Position numbers and translations under genes: made by a program. A DNA stretch of 64,000 nucleotides from Candidatus Dormiibacterota bacterium (GTDB lineage Bacteria; Chloroflexota; Dormibacteria; Aeolococcales; Aeolococcaceae), in contig PLWW01000078.1 in NCBI GenBank assembly GCA_003153125.1, positions 30,945 to 94,944 of the forward strand. Reading direction: 5' to 3'. Shown piece after piece: positions 9,216 to 18,435 of this stretch (positions are counted from its first letter, which is position 1; each line of letters begins with the position of its first letter). The notes under the pieces were generated by a model. The model had not been told where the DNA came from, did not search any database, and saw nothing but the letters and a program-made list of their open reading frames with translations.

Positions 9216-9631
9216 CCACGCCCGCGGGGGGTGGGCGACGACGACGCGGCCGCGAGCTGGCGCTGCGGGTGCTGTTCGAGCTCGAGGGCACCGACAAGGA
9301 CGCGGAGACGGCGCTCGCTTACCAGGCGGAGGAGGTGGGCGCCACGCCCGACGTGCGTGCCTTCGCCCAGCGCCTCGTGCTCGGCTGCCTGGTCAACCGC
9401 GAGCGCATCGACGCGTCCGTGAGCGCCGCCAGCCGCTGGTCGCTCTCCGACGTCGGCAAGGTGGAGAGGGCCGTGCTGCGCCTCGGCACCTGCGAGCTGC
9501 TGGAGAGCGACGGCACCCCGGTCGCCGTCATCGTCGACGAATCCCTGGAGCTGGCTCGCGCCTACGCGGGCGACGACGCTGTGCAGTACGTCAACGGCGT
9601 CCTCGGGCAGATCGCCAGGGAGCGCGTGTGA
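9212..9631 (+). CDS. nusB: Transcription antitermination factor NusB
   Basis: GTG 9212 overlaps the upstream stop. RELALRVLFELE...VERAVLRLGTCELL...VIVDESLELAR.Y.....YVNGVLG. Confidence 0.9.
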   Translation: MTTPAGGGRRRRGRELALRVLFELEGTDKDAETALAYQAEEVGATPDVRAFAQRLVLGCLVNRERIDASVSAASRWSLSDVGKVERAVLRLGTCELLESDGTPVAVIVDESLELARAYAGDDAVQYVNGVLGQIARERV

Positions 9632-11046
9632 GCGACGCCGGCCCGTACACCGTCACCGAGCTCACGACGCTGGTCGGCAACGCCCTGGCGGCGCAGCCAC
9701 AGCTTGAGGACGTCCTCGTCGAGGGCGAGATCAGCAACCTCACCCGGCCTGCGTCGGGACACATCTACTTCACCCTCAAGGACCGCTCCTCGGCGCTCAC
9801 CTGCGTGTGCTTCCGCAGCAACGCCCTGCGCATTCCCTTCGCGCCCGAGAACGGCATGACGGTGGTCGCCCACGGACAGGTCAGCGTGTACTCCCAGCAG
9901 GGGCGCTACCAGCTGGTGGCCGACCGCCTCGAACCCAGCGGGGTCGGAGCACTGGCCCTGGCCGTCGAGCAGCGCAAGCGCGCCCTGTTGTCGGAGGGGC
10001 TCTTCGACGCCCGTCTCAAGCGGCGGCTGCCCCTCCTCCCGAGGCGCGTCGCGGTGGTGACGTCGCGCAGTGGAGCCGCCCTGCACGACGTCGTCACGGT
10101 CACGGGACGTCGCGCGCCCTGCGTCGACCTCGTGTTCTCGTCGGCCACCGTGCAGGGTGACGGCGCCGCCGAGACCATCGTCGCCGCGCTGCAGCGCGCC
10201 GGGCGGGCGCGCGGCGTCGAGGTCGTGCTCCTGGTCCGCGGCGGAGGCTCCCTCGAGGACCTGATGGCGTTCAACCACGAGGCGGTGGCGCGGGCCATCC
10301 GCGCGTGCCCTGTGCCTGTGGTCACAGGCGTCGGCCACGAGACCGACACCACCATCGCCGACCTCGCCGCCGACCACAGGGCCGCCACCCCGTCGGCGGC
10401 GGCGGAGACCGTTGTGCCCAACTGTGAGCAGCTGGCGACAGCGCTGCGCGCCCACGAGCGCCGTCTCAGGGCCGCCCTTGGCGGCGAGCTGACCCGCAAG
10501 CGTGAGCAGGGGCGGCGCCGATCCGAGCGCCTCGACCAGCTCTCCCCGGGGGTACGCGTGGCGCGGATGCGCCAGGACATCCTCGCCCGGGAGGCACGCC
10601 TCCGTGGGGCTCTCCTCGGTGGGGTCACCAGGAGGCAGCGTGACCTCGAGCGAGCCCGCGGAGCGCTCGCCGTGCACTCGCCGTTGCGGGCCCTGCCCAT
10701 CCATCGTGAGCGGCTTGGCGGGCGCGCCGCACGGCTGAGCGCCGGCGTCAACGCGCTGCTGACCGCACGCGTCCGGCATCTCGAGGGCGTGCGCGGCCGC
10801 CTCGACGCCCTCTCGCCGCTGCGCGTCATCGATCGCGGCTACTCGATCACCGTCGATGCGGCCACCGGCCGTCTGGTCAGCAACGCGACGGATGTGGCTG
10901 CGGGGGCGGTTCTGCGCACCCGTCTGGCGCGCGGTAGCCTGGTCAGCCGCGTGCTTCCCGACGGGGTGGAGGTCGCGCCGGGTGACGAACGAATGTACGA
11001 TGACCTACCGGGACAACACGCCACCAGCGGGGACGATCATGGCTGA
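9628..11046 (+). CDS. xseA: Exodeoxyribonuclease VII large subunit
   Basis: GTG 9628 overlaps the nusB stop. YTVTELT..V...L......VLVEGEISNLTRPASGHIYFTLKD...VVTSRSGAALHDV...RGGGSLEDLMAFN...GVGHETDTTIADL. Confidence 0.9.
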   Translation: MSDAGPYTVTELTTLVGNALAAQPQLEDVLVEGEISNLTRPASGHIYFTLKDRSSALTCVCFRSNALRIPFAPENGMTVVAHGQVSVYSQQGRYQLVADRLEPSGVGALALAVEQRKRALLSEGLFDARLKRRLPLLPRRVAVVTSRSGAALHDVVTVTGRRAPCVDLVFSSATVQGDGAAETIVAALQRAGRARGVEVVLLVRGGGSLEDLMAFNHEAVARAIRACPVPVVTGVGHETDTTIADLAADHRAATPSAAAETVVPNCEQLATALRAHERRLRAALGGELTRKREQGRRRSERLDQLSPGVRVARMRQDILAREARLRGALLGGVTRRQRDLERARGALAVHSPLRALPIHRERLGGRAARLSAGVNALLTARVRHLEGVRGRLDALSPLRVIDRGYSITVDAATGRLVSNATDVAAGAVLRTRLARGSLVSRVLPDGVEVAPGDERMYDDLPGQHATSGDDHG

Positions 11047-11401
11047 CGACATCACCTCCATGAGCTACGAGGCGGCCCTCGCCGAGCTCGACGGGATCAT
11101 CGCCGGCCTCGACCGCGGCGACGTCGAACTCGAGGCGGCGATCAGTGCCTACGAGCGCGGTGCCGCCCTCACCCGGCACTGCGCCCAGCTGCTGGACCGA
11201 ACCGAGCAGAAGATCACCCAGCTCGTGGTCGGTGCTGCCGGGGAGGTGGAGCGCCCCTTCCGGCCTCCCACCGATCGGAACGAAGCCCCGGGCGCACCGC
11301 CGGCGCAGGCAAGGAGTGCCGAGCAGCGGCTCTTCGGCGCCCCCACCCCGGCAGCGGCGCCCCGTGGCGTGGCCATCGACCCCGACGACATCCCTTTTTG
11401 A
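11039..11401 (+). CDS. xseB: Exodeoxyribonuclease VII small subunit (with long C-terminal extension)
   Basis: ATG 11039 overlaps the xseA end. MSYEAALAELDGIIAGLDRGDVELEAAISAYERGAALTRHC. At 120 aa it is longer than the usual 70-80 aa. Confidence 0.8.
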   Translation: MADDITSMSYEAALAELDGIIAGLDRGDVELEAAISAYERGAALTRHCAQLLDRTEQKITQLVVGAAGEVERPFRPPTDRNEAPGAPPAQARSAEQRLFGAPTPAAAPRGVAIDPDDIPF

Positions 11402-11422
11402 ACGCACATACGCTGATCTGTG

Positions 11423-11428
11423 TAGGAT
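11423..11428 (+). promoter_or_regulatory. -10-like TAGGAT, 7 nt upstream of in-frame GTG 11436 (possible leaderless tlyA start)
   Basis: TAGGAT-gaccgca-GTG. The hexamer overlaps the alternative ATG at 11427. Confidence 0.3.
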
Positions 11429-12188
11429 GACCGCAGTGGCCACTCTGTCGAACTCCCGGCTCGACGACCTGCTCGTCGATCGCGGCCTCGCCGAGACCAG
11501 GCGCCGTGCCCAGGCCCTGGTCGCAGCCGGCCTGGTCGAGGTCGACGGGATTCGCGCCGCCAGCGCGGCGCTCGCCGTGACCCCGGGCGCTGTGGTGCGG
11601 CTCACCGGCCGAGACCATCCCTGGGCGGGGAGGGGAGGCCTCAAGCTGGACGCCGCCCTCGACCACTTCGGGGTCGACTGCGCCGGTCGTATCTGCCTCG
11701 ACGCCGGCGCCAGCACCGGCGGGTTCACCGACGTCCTTCTCCACAGGGGCGCGGGGACGGTCTACGCCGTCGACGTTGGCCGCGGCCAACTTCATTCCCG
11801 CCTGGCTGCGGACCCACGCGTCCGGGTCATGGATCGGACCAACGTCCGCACGCTCGCAGCCCTTGACGGCCCCGAGCCGTCGCTGGTCACGCTCGATCTC
11901 TCGTTCATCTCGCTGCGCGCGGTGCTGCCCAACATCGCGACCCTTGCACCGGATGCGGAGGTTGTGGCGCTGTTCAAGCCGCAGTTCGAGGTGGCCCGTG
12001 AGGCAGTGGCCAGGGGCGGTGTGGTGCGCGACCCTGAGGTGACCACCGCGGCGCTGCTGGCCTTCACGACCTGGGTGAGCGCAACCCTCGGCGCCGAGGT
12101 GCGGAGCCCGTTCGCCGCGGAGGTGCGCGGCGCCAAAGGCAACCAGGAGTGGCTGGTGCACGTCGCACTTCGCGGGGGCGCATCGTGA
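11427..12188 (+). CDS. tlyA: TlyA-family rRNA 2'-O-methyltransferase (S4 + FtsJ-like domains)
   Basis: RLDDLLVDRGLAETRRRAQALVAAGLVEVDG...RGGLKLDAAL..F......CLDAGASTGGFTDVLL. The start is ATG 11427 or GTG 11436. Confidence 0.85.
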   Translation: MTAVATLSNSRLDDLLVDRGLAETRRRAQALVAAGLVEVDGIRAASAALAVTPGAVVRLTGRDHPWAGRGGLKLDAALDHFGVDCAGRICLDAGASTGGFTDVLLHRGAGTVYAVDVGRGQLHSRLAADPRVRVMDRTNVRTLAALDGPEPSLVTLDLSFISLRAVLPNIATLAPDAEVVALFKPQFEVAREAVARGGVVRDPEVTTAALLAFTTWVSATLGAEVRSPFAAEVRGAKGNQEWLVHVALRGGAS

Positions 12189-13066
12189 AGCGGGAGATCG
12201 GCTTCCTTCTTCACCCCGGGGAGCAGCGTTCGGCGGCGGCGGGCGCGACCCGCGCCCGGGAGCTGGGTTTCGATGTCTGGATCGAGGTCCGCGAGCCCGA
12301 GGCGCTCCTCGCCGAGCACGCCGCGACAACCGACCTGCTGGTCACCATCGGCGGCGACGGCACCTTCCTGTATGGGGCCCGGCTCGCCGCGCCCCGCGGC
12401 ATCCCGGTGATGGGCGTCAACCGCGGCCGGCTCGGCTTCCTCACCGATGTCGAGGTGGCCGACCTGCCCGCTGCGCTGGAGGCCTTCGCCGCCGGCCGCT
12501 GCCACACCCAGCGCCGCTCCATGCTGGAGGCGAACGTTCCCGCTGACGGCGACAAGCCGGCCTGGCAGGCGCTTGCCCTCAATGAGGTGGCCGTAAAGTC
12601 GAATGGCGTCGCCGTCGCCAGGATCCGTGTCGAGCAGGACGGCGAGCTCCTCGGTGAGTTCGATGCCGACGGCATGGTGATTGCCACCGCAACCGGCTCC
12701 ACGGCGTACGCGCTCAGCGCCGGCGGCCCGCCCATCGACCCGCGGGTGCGGGCCATCGTGGTCGTCCCACTTGCCCCGCACGCGGTCATCTCGCGGGCCA
12801 TCGTGCTGCCCGAAATGGTCACCCTGCGCATCACCGTGGAGCGCGGCAGCGTCAACGTGGCCGCCGATGGCATCGCCGAGATCCGCCTGCGCGACGGAGC
12901 GGAGATGATCATCCAGCCGGGGCCGGAGCTGGCCTTTGTGCGTTTTGACGACTCGCCATCATTCCTTCGCCGCCTCCGCGAGAAGGTGCGCTTCGGGCTG
13001 CCGCTCAAGGGGCTCGAGCGACCGGACGTCGTGCGTGCAGAGGACATCGGCGGCGGCCCGCCGTGA
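12185..13066 (+). CDS. nadK: NAD kinase
   Basis: GTG 12185 overlaps the tlyA stop. DLLVTIGGDGTFLYGAR......PVMGVNRGRLGFLT...ATGSTAYALSAGGP. Confidence 0.9.
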   Translation: MKREIGFLLHPGEQRSAAAGATRARELGFDVWIEVREPEALLAEHAATTDLLVTIGGDGTFLYGARLAAPRGIPVMGVNRGRLGFLTDVEVADLPAALEAFAAGRCHTQRRSMLEANVPADGDKPAWQALALNEVAVKSNGVAVARIRVEQDGELLGEFDADGMVIATATGSTAYALSAGGPPIDPRVRAIVVVPLAPHAVISRAIVLPEMVTLRITVERGSVNVAADGIAEIRLRDGAEMIIQPGPELAFVRFDDSPSFLRRLREKVRFGLPLKGLERPDVVRAEDIGGGPP

Positions 13067-13079
13067 CCGAGGGCAGGCG

Positions 13080-14831
13080 TTGAGCCTGGTCGAGGTCCGC
13101 ATCCGCGACCTCACCGTTTTCGATGAGGCCCTGGTGCCCTTCGGCGGCGGCTTCACGGCCTTGACCGGTGAGACCGGGGCGGGAAAGTCGGTGTGCATCA
13201 CCGCGCTTCGCCTGGCCCTCGGGGGGCGTGTCGACGGGGACCCGGTCCGCGCCGGCGCCGACGTCGCCCGCGTGAGCGCTGTCTTCGACGAGCTCCCGGC
13301 TGCGCTGCGCCTCCGCCTCACAGCCCTCGGTGTCCCCGCCGACGAGCTGGTCACCCTCTCGCGCGAGATCAGCCGCGCCAGCCGGGGCTCGTGCCGGGTG
13401 AACGGTGCCCTGGTGTCGCAGGCCGTGCTCCGCGAGGTGGGGGAGGGCCTCGCCGAGGTCACCCTCCAGGGCGCCAGCCAGCGGCTGCTTCAGCGCGGCC
13501 GGCAGCGCGACCTCCTCGATGTGGCCGCGGCCGCAGCGGTCCTCCGTGACGACGTGCGCCAGGCGGTCGCCGGCTGGCGGGCTGCCCAGGTGGCTCTCGA
13601 CGAGGCGCGCCGGCGCCAGGCGGCGGGTGCCTCGGAGGTGGAGGCGGCACGGCAGCTGAGCTCCGACCTGGGCGTCCTCAACCTCGTCGCCGGTGAGGAC
13701 GACCAGCTGGCGGCGGAGCGGCTCCGCCTCAGGAACGCGGCCGCGCTGATGTCCGCGGCGACCGCGCTCCGCCGCGCGGCCGCCGGTGACGACGAGACGC
13801 CGGCGGCCGCCGACCTCCTCGCCGCAGCTCTGGAGACGGCCACGCCGCTTGCCGGCGTCGACCCGGGGCTCGACGCCATCGCCGCGGAGGCGGCGGAGCT
13901 GCTCGACCGCCTCCGCGAGCTGGGAGCGTCGGCGCGCGCCCACGCCGACGCCGTCGACCTCGACGAGGGCCGCCTCGCCGAGGTCGAGGAGCGCCTCGAC
14001 GTTCTCGCCAGGGTCCGGCGCCGCCACGGGTCGATCGATCAGGCGCTTGAGGCCCTGGAGGCGGCCTCTGACCTGCTCGCCGGCGGGCACGATGGGGGCG
14101 CTAGCCTCGCTGCCGCGGAGGCTGCCATGGAGGTCGCGCGGAACCGAGCCGGGGAGCTGGCCGTGCATCTCTCCGAGCGCCGCCGCGCGGCAGCACGCCG
14201 GCTCGAGGGTGAGGTGGGACAGGCGCTGCACCTGCTTGAGCTGCCCCATGCGCGCTTCCGGGTCGCAATCGAGCGGCGTGCCGACCCCACCGGTGTGGAC
14301 GCCGGTGGCGTGCTGGTCCACTGTGGGCCGGCCGGCATCGATGACGTGCAGTTCCGCCTCGCCACCAACCGCGGGACCTCCCCGGCGCCGCTCGACGAGG
14401 GGCCGTCCGGCGGCGAGCTGTCGCGACTGGTGCTGGCGTTGTCCGCCTGCGTGACCGAGACCGGCTCGCCGTTGCTCGTGCTCGACGAGGTGGACAGCGG
14501 CATCGGCGGCGAGACCGCGGCGCGGGTCGGGGATCTTCTCGCCGCCACCGGTCGCCTCCGCCAGGTGGTTGCCGTCACGCACCGCGCCGAGATCGCCTCG
14601 CGCGCCGCCGGTCACCTGGTCGTCCGCAAGCACGACACCCCGGCCGGGAGCGTCGCCCGCATCGAGCCTGCCCACGGCGAGACGCGCCTCGAGGAGATCG
14701 CCCGGCTCATGTCGGGACGGGTCACCGAAGCCGCCGTCGCGCGCGCCGTCGAGTTGCGTGGGGAGGCGGTGAAGACGTCCGCGCCGCGCGCGCCGGGGCG
14801 GGTCCGAACCCCTCGGGCGGCAGGCCGCTGA
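13080..14831 (+). CDS. recN: DNA repair protein RecN
   Basis: TTG 13080 gives LSLVEVRIRDLTVFDEA...FTALTGETGAGKSV. C-terminal signature SGGELSRLVLAL...LVLDEVDSGIGG. Confidence 0.9.
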   Translation: MSLVEVRIRDLTVFDEALVPFGGGFTALTGETGAGKSVCITALRLALGGRVDGDPVRAGADVARVSAVFDELPAALRLRLTALGVPADELVTLSREISRASRGSCRVNGALVSQAVLREVGEGLAEVTLQGASQRLLQRGRQRDLLDVAAAAAVLRDDVRQAVAGWRAAQVALDEARRRQAAGASEVEAARQLSSDLGVLNLVAGEDDQLAAERLRLRNAAALMSAATALRRAAAGDDETPAAADLLAAALETATPLAGVDPGLDAIAAEAAELLDRLRELGASARAHADAVDLDEGRLAEVEERLDVLARVRRRHGSIDQALEALEAASDLLAGGHDGGASLAAAEAAMEVARNRAGELAVHLSERRRAAARRLEGEVGQALHLLELPHARFRVAIERRADPTGVDAGGVLVHCGPAGIDDVQFRLATNRGTSPAPLDEGPSGGELSRLVLALSACVTETGSPLLVLDEVDSGIGGETAARVGDLLAATGRLRQVVAVTHRAEIASRAAGHLVVRKHDTPAGSVARIEPAHGETRLEEIARLMSGRVTEAAVARAVELRGEAVKTSAPRAPGRVRTPRAAGR

Positions 14832-15628
14832 TGGGTGACGCGGCCGGTGATCTGCACGATGGCGCCGAGGTGACCGAGGAACTTCTGCCCGCCCCCGCAT
14901 CCACGGACGGGTTGGACGACGTCGCCGTGCGCTTCGCGGTCGACGTCCCAGGCTTCCGTGGCAGCCTTGAGCAGTTGGTGGTGCGTGTGCAGCGCGGCGA
15001 GGTGGACGTCGACGCCATCGCGCTGGCGGAGATCACCGGCGCTTACAGGGCGCGCACGGACGCCGCCGGTGAGCAGGCCGACCTCAGGGAGATGGCCGAC
15101 TTCCTCTCCATGGCGGCGCGGCTCGTGGCCCTCAAGGCCGCCCGCCTCAACCCTTTGGATAACGCTTCCGCGGCGGCGGCCGACGACGCCGGCGACGTCG
15201 ACGACCCCGGCCGCCGCCTCAACGAGTACCGGCTCTTCAAGGCGGCCGCCGAAGCCCTCCTGGCCGAGGCGTCGGAGGAGGGGGCGCGCAGCTTCCTCGG
15301 CCTCGTCTCGCCCGACGTCATCCCAGTTGAGCGACTGCGCATCGCGCCGGAACGGCTTGCCGCCGCTTTCCGTGACGTCCTTGCCAGGCTGAGCGACGAG
15401 GAACCCCTGCGCGCCGCCGCCACCTTCTCCGTCGAGGAGAAGATGAGCCAGTTGCGCGAGCGCCTTCGCGGCGGCCGGCTCGCCTTCGAGGACCTCTTCA
15501 CCACGGTCACCACCCGGCTCGAGGCGGTGGCGTGTTTCCTCGCCCTCCTCGAGCTGCTCCGCCTCGGCGAGGCGATCGTCGACCAGGGCGAGCCCTTCGG
15601 GGCCATCACGGTCCGCGCCAGTGGATGA
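14831..15628 (+). CDS. scpA: Segregation and condensation protein A
   Basis: FRGSLEQLVVRVQRGEVDVDAIALAEIT..Y...........LREMADFLSMAARLVALKA. Follows recN with a 1-nt overlap. Confidence 0.85.
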   Translation: MGDAAGDLHDGAEVTEELLPAPASTDGLDDVAVRFAVDVPGFRGSLEQLVVRVQRGEVDVDAIALAEITGAYRARTDAAGEQADLREMADFLSMAARLVALKAARLNPLDNASAAAADDAGDVDDPGRRLNEYRLFKAAAEALLAEASEEGARSFLGLVSPDVIPVERLRIAPERLAAAFRDVLARLSDEEPLRAAATFSVEEKMSQLRERLRGGRLAFEDLFTTVTTRLEAVACFLALLELLRLGEAIVDQGEPFGAITVRASG

Positions 15629-16289
15629 GGTGGCGGAGCCGGGCCGGCCCGAGGACGACGAGACGGTCGAACTGGCCATGGACGTGTTCGGCCGCGCCGT
15701 CGTCCCCGAGGGGGTGGCAGAGGCGGAGCCCGAGGACCTCGCCACAGCGCTCGAGACGGTGTGCTTCTCTCTGAACCGGCCGGTCACGCTCGCCGAGGTG
15801 GGGAGCATCCTGGGGCGCTCGTCGGCGGCGGTGGCCGCGGCTGCCGAGGCGCTGGCCACCCAACTGCGCGGCCGTGGCCTGATGCTCCAACGCCACGGTT
15901 CCGAGCTGCAGCTGGTGACACGCCCCGAGACAGCCTGGGCGGTGCAGCGCGCCCTGCAACCGGAGCGGCCCACCCGGTTGAGCCGCCCGGCGATGGAAAC
16001 GCTGGCGATCATCGCCTATCGCCAGCCGCTGACCCGCGCCGGGGTGGAGTCGATCCGCGGGGTCAACTGTGAGGCGGTGCTCGACAGCCTCGAACGCCGC
16101 GGGCTCATCGCCGAGATCGACCGCCAGGACACGCCGGGCCGTCCCCGCCTCTTCGGCACCACGCTGCGCTTCCTGCAGATCGTCGGCCTGGAGCGCATCG
16201 ACGACCTGCCCGCGCTCGGTGAGGAACACGCCATCGACGCTCTCAGCGCGGTCACGGGTGCCGGGGCCGGCGACGGGCAGGGGTCGTGA
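15621..16289 (+). CDS. scpB: Segregation and condensation protein B
   Basis: LETVCFSLNRPVTLAEV...LSRPAMETLAIIAYRQPLTRAGVESIRGVN....LDSLERRGLI...GRPRLFGTT..FL. Confidence 0.85.
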   Translation: MDEVAEPGRPEDDETVELAMDVFGRAVVPEGVAEAEPEDLATALETVCFSLNRPVTLAEVGSILGRSSAAVAAAAEALATQLRGRGLMLQRHGSELQLVTRPETAWAVQRALQPERPTRLSRPAMETLAIIAYRQPLTRAGVESIRGVNCEAVLDSLERRGLIAEIDRQDTPGRPRLFGTTLRFLQIVGLERIDDLPALGEEHAIDALSAVTGAGAGDGQGS

Positions 16290-17020
16290 GCCTCGCCGCC
16301 GGCACGGAGGAGAGGCTCAACCGCTTCCTGGCCCGTCGTGGCGTGGCCTCACGCCGCAGCGCCGACAACCTCATCGCCGCGGGACGCGTCCGCGTCAACG
16401 GCGGTGTCGCCCACGTTGGAGCCAAGGTTGACAGCAACACAGACATCGTCGAGGTGGATGGTGCGCGGGTCACAGCTGAGCTGCCCGCCGCGGTGACGCT
16501 TGCGCTCAACAAGCCGGCGGGGGTCGTCACCACCATGCACGACCCCCACGGCCGCCGTACCGTGCGTGACCTCGTGGCGCACGTCCCCGGCCTCGCCCCG
16601 ATCGGGCGACTCGACGCCGACAGCCGGGGTCTGCTGCTGCTTACCACGGACGGCGAGCTGGCCCATCGCGTCGCCCATCCGCGCCACGGTGTGCACAAGA
16701 CCTACCGCGTCGTCCCGACCTCGCCACTGTCCGACGGGCAGATCGGCGAGCTGCTCGGCGGGGTGATGCTCGACGACGGCCCCGCCCAGGCACTCGCGGT
16801 GCATCGCGTCGGTGCCAAGGCGATCGACGTGGTCATGGGCGAGGGACGCAAGCGGGTGGTGCGGCGCCTTCTTGCCGCCGTCGACAGCGGGGTGGTCGAC
16901 CTCTGCCGCACCGCGGTGGGCCCGATCCTGCTCGGCGACCTCGCCGAGGGCGCGAGCCGCAAGCTTGACCAGCCCGAGGTCGACCTGCTCAACGACGCCG
17001 TTCGCCCGCCAGTGGGCTGA
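16286..17020 (+). CDS. rluB: Pseudouridine synthase, RsuA/RluB family
   Basis: S4 domain (RLNRFLARRGVASRRSADNLIAAGRVRVNG) plus the catalytic motif GRLDADSRGLLLLTTDGEL. Confidence 0.85.
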   Translation: MSLAAGTEERLNRFLARRGVASRRSADNLIAAGRVRVNGGVAHVGAKVDSNTDIVEVDGARVTAELPAAVTLALNKPAGVVTTMHDPHGRRTVRDLVAHVPGLAPIGRLDADSRGLLLLTTDGELAHRVAHPRHGVHKTYRVVPTSPLSDGQIGELLGGVMLDDGPAQALAVHRVGAKAIDVVMGEGRKRVVRRLLAAVDSGVVDLCRTAVGPILLGDLAEGASRKLDQPEVDLLNDAVRPPVG

Positions 17021-17021
17021 C

Positions 17022-17720
17022 GTGCCCGACATCCCTCGCGTCGTCACGGTCGACGGACCGGCCGGCAGCGGCAAGACGACGCTGGGTCGCGCCCTGGCCA
17101 TGGCGCTGCGTCTTCCGCTGATCGACACCGGGCTCTTCTACCGCGGCATGATGGTGGCCGCCCTGCGCGCCGGGCTTGATTGCCGGGACGGAGCCGCCCT
17201 CGCCGCGCTGGCGCGCGCGACGGTGATCGAGATCGGCACGGACGCGGCGGCCGACGATGCGACGGTCAAGGTCGACGGCGAGCCCGCCGGGCCGGCGCTC
17301 CGCGATCCACGCAACGCGCGGCTGCTGGCAGCCATCTCCGGGAGCGCGGCGGTGCGCGCCGCCGTGCTGGCCCCGCAACGCGCGCTGGCGGTCGACGGCG
17401 CCGTGGCCGTGGGCCGGGACTGCGGCACCGTGGTCTTCCCGGCCGCGGCGGTCAAGTTCTACCTGGAGGCGCCGGTCGCGGTGCGTGAACGGCGCCGTCT
17501 GGCGCAGCTGCGCGCGTCGGGCCGCGCGGGCGACGACAAGCTGTTGCGCGCCGAGGTCGGCGACCGCGACCGGGCTGACACGGACCGGACGGAATCGCCC
17601 CTGCGACCCGCCCCAGATGTGCACCGCATCGACACCGACCGCATGGACGTCGAGACGATGGTTGGCCACGCGCTCGACATCTGTCGCAGCGCGGGACTGC
17701 TCCCCGCACGACCACGCTGA
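17022..17720 (+). CDS. cmk: Cytidylate kinase
   Basis: GTG 17022 lies 1 nt after the rluB stop. VVTVDGPAGSGKTTLGRALA..L.LPLIDTGLFYR...GRDCGTVVFP.A.VKFYL.A....RRRL. Confidence 0.9.
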   Translation: MPDIPRVVTVDGPAGSGKTTLGRALAMALRLPLIDTGLFYRGMMVAALRAGLDCRDGAALAALARATVIEIGTDAAADDATVKVDGEPAGPALRDPRNARLLAAISGSAAVRAAVLAPQRALAVDGAVAVGRDCGTVVFPAAAVKFYLEAPVAVRERRRLAQLRASGRAGDDKLLRAEVGDRDRADTDRTESPLRPAPDVHRIDTDRMDVETMVGHALDICRSAGLLPARPR

Positions 17721-18364
17721 TGTACTGGTTCCTGCGCGGCATCATGCGCGTGCTGGTCGCAACCGTTCTCGGCGGCCGGGTCCACGTCGAGGGGCTGCAC
17801 AACGTCCCCCGGGAGGGTGGTGCGCTCCTCGTCGGCAACCACGTCGGCGCCATCGACCCGCCACTCACCGGGGCCATGATCCCGCGCCTCGACGTCCACT
17901 ACATGGCCAAGAGCGAGACCTTCGATAGCGCTCGCTGGCGCTGGCTGTTGCGCGGCTTCCAGGCATTCCCGGTGGTGCGCGGCAGTGCCGACCGGGCGGC
18001 ACTCCGGCACGCTCTCCGCCTGCTCCACTCGGGCCACATCGTGGTCGTCTACCCGGAGGGCTCGCGGTCGCCGGACGGCAGGATGCGCGAGCCGCAGGTG
18101 GGTGTCGGTTTCCTGGCGCGCCACGCCCAGGTCCCGGTCATCCCGGTCGCCGTCTGGGGTACCGAGAAGGTCCTGCCCCGGGGAACGGTGCGAATACATC
18201 GCGGCGAGGTGCACCTCCGCTACGGCACCGCGGTCGTGTTGCCCCCGGGCGGCGAGGGGGCACACCGCGACAACCGAGCGGTGGCCGGCGCAGTCATGAC
18301 CGCCGTCTCCGACATGCTCCCGCCGGCGTATCGGGCAGACGCCGCGCCACACAACTGCTCCTGA
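17720..18364 (+). CDS. plsC: 1-acyl-sn-glycerol-3-phosphate acyltransferase
   Basis: LLVGNHVGAIDP (HX4D-type box), FPVVRG, VVVYPEGSRSPDG. Confidence 0.85.
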   Translation: MYWFLRGIMRVLVATVLGGRVHVEGLHNVPREGGALLVGNHVGAIDPPLTGAMIPRLDVHYMAKSETFDSARWRWLLRGFQAFPVVRGSADRAALRHALRLLHSGHIVVVYPEGSRSPDGRMREPQVGVGFLARHAQVPVIPVAVWGTEKVLPRGTVRIHRGEVHLRYGTAVVLPPGGEGAHRDNRAVAGAVMTAVSDMLPPAYRADAAPHNCS

Positions 18365-18423
18365 AACCGAGCGCGACGAATTGGCCGGCGCCGCCACCTG
18401 TCTGATCGAGGGGGGCCGGTTCC

Positions 18424-18429
18424 TACAAT
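18424..18429 (+). promoter_or_regulatory. -10 hexamer TACAAT, 6 nt upstream of the dinG GTG (leaderless-type promoter)
   Basis: TACAAT-cgggcg-GTG in the 71-nt gap after plsC. Confidence 0.4.
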
Positions 18430-18435
18430 CGGGCG

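Noticed and set aside
13005-14900. 631-aa antisense ORF exactly mirroring recN
   Set aside because: It has the Arg/Pro/Gly-rich composition typical of a high-GC shadow ORF and shows no recognisable motifs, whereas the + strand frame is an unmistakable RecN.
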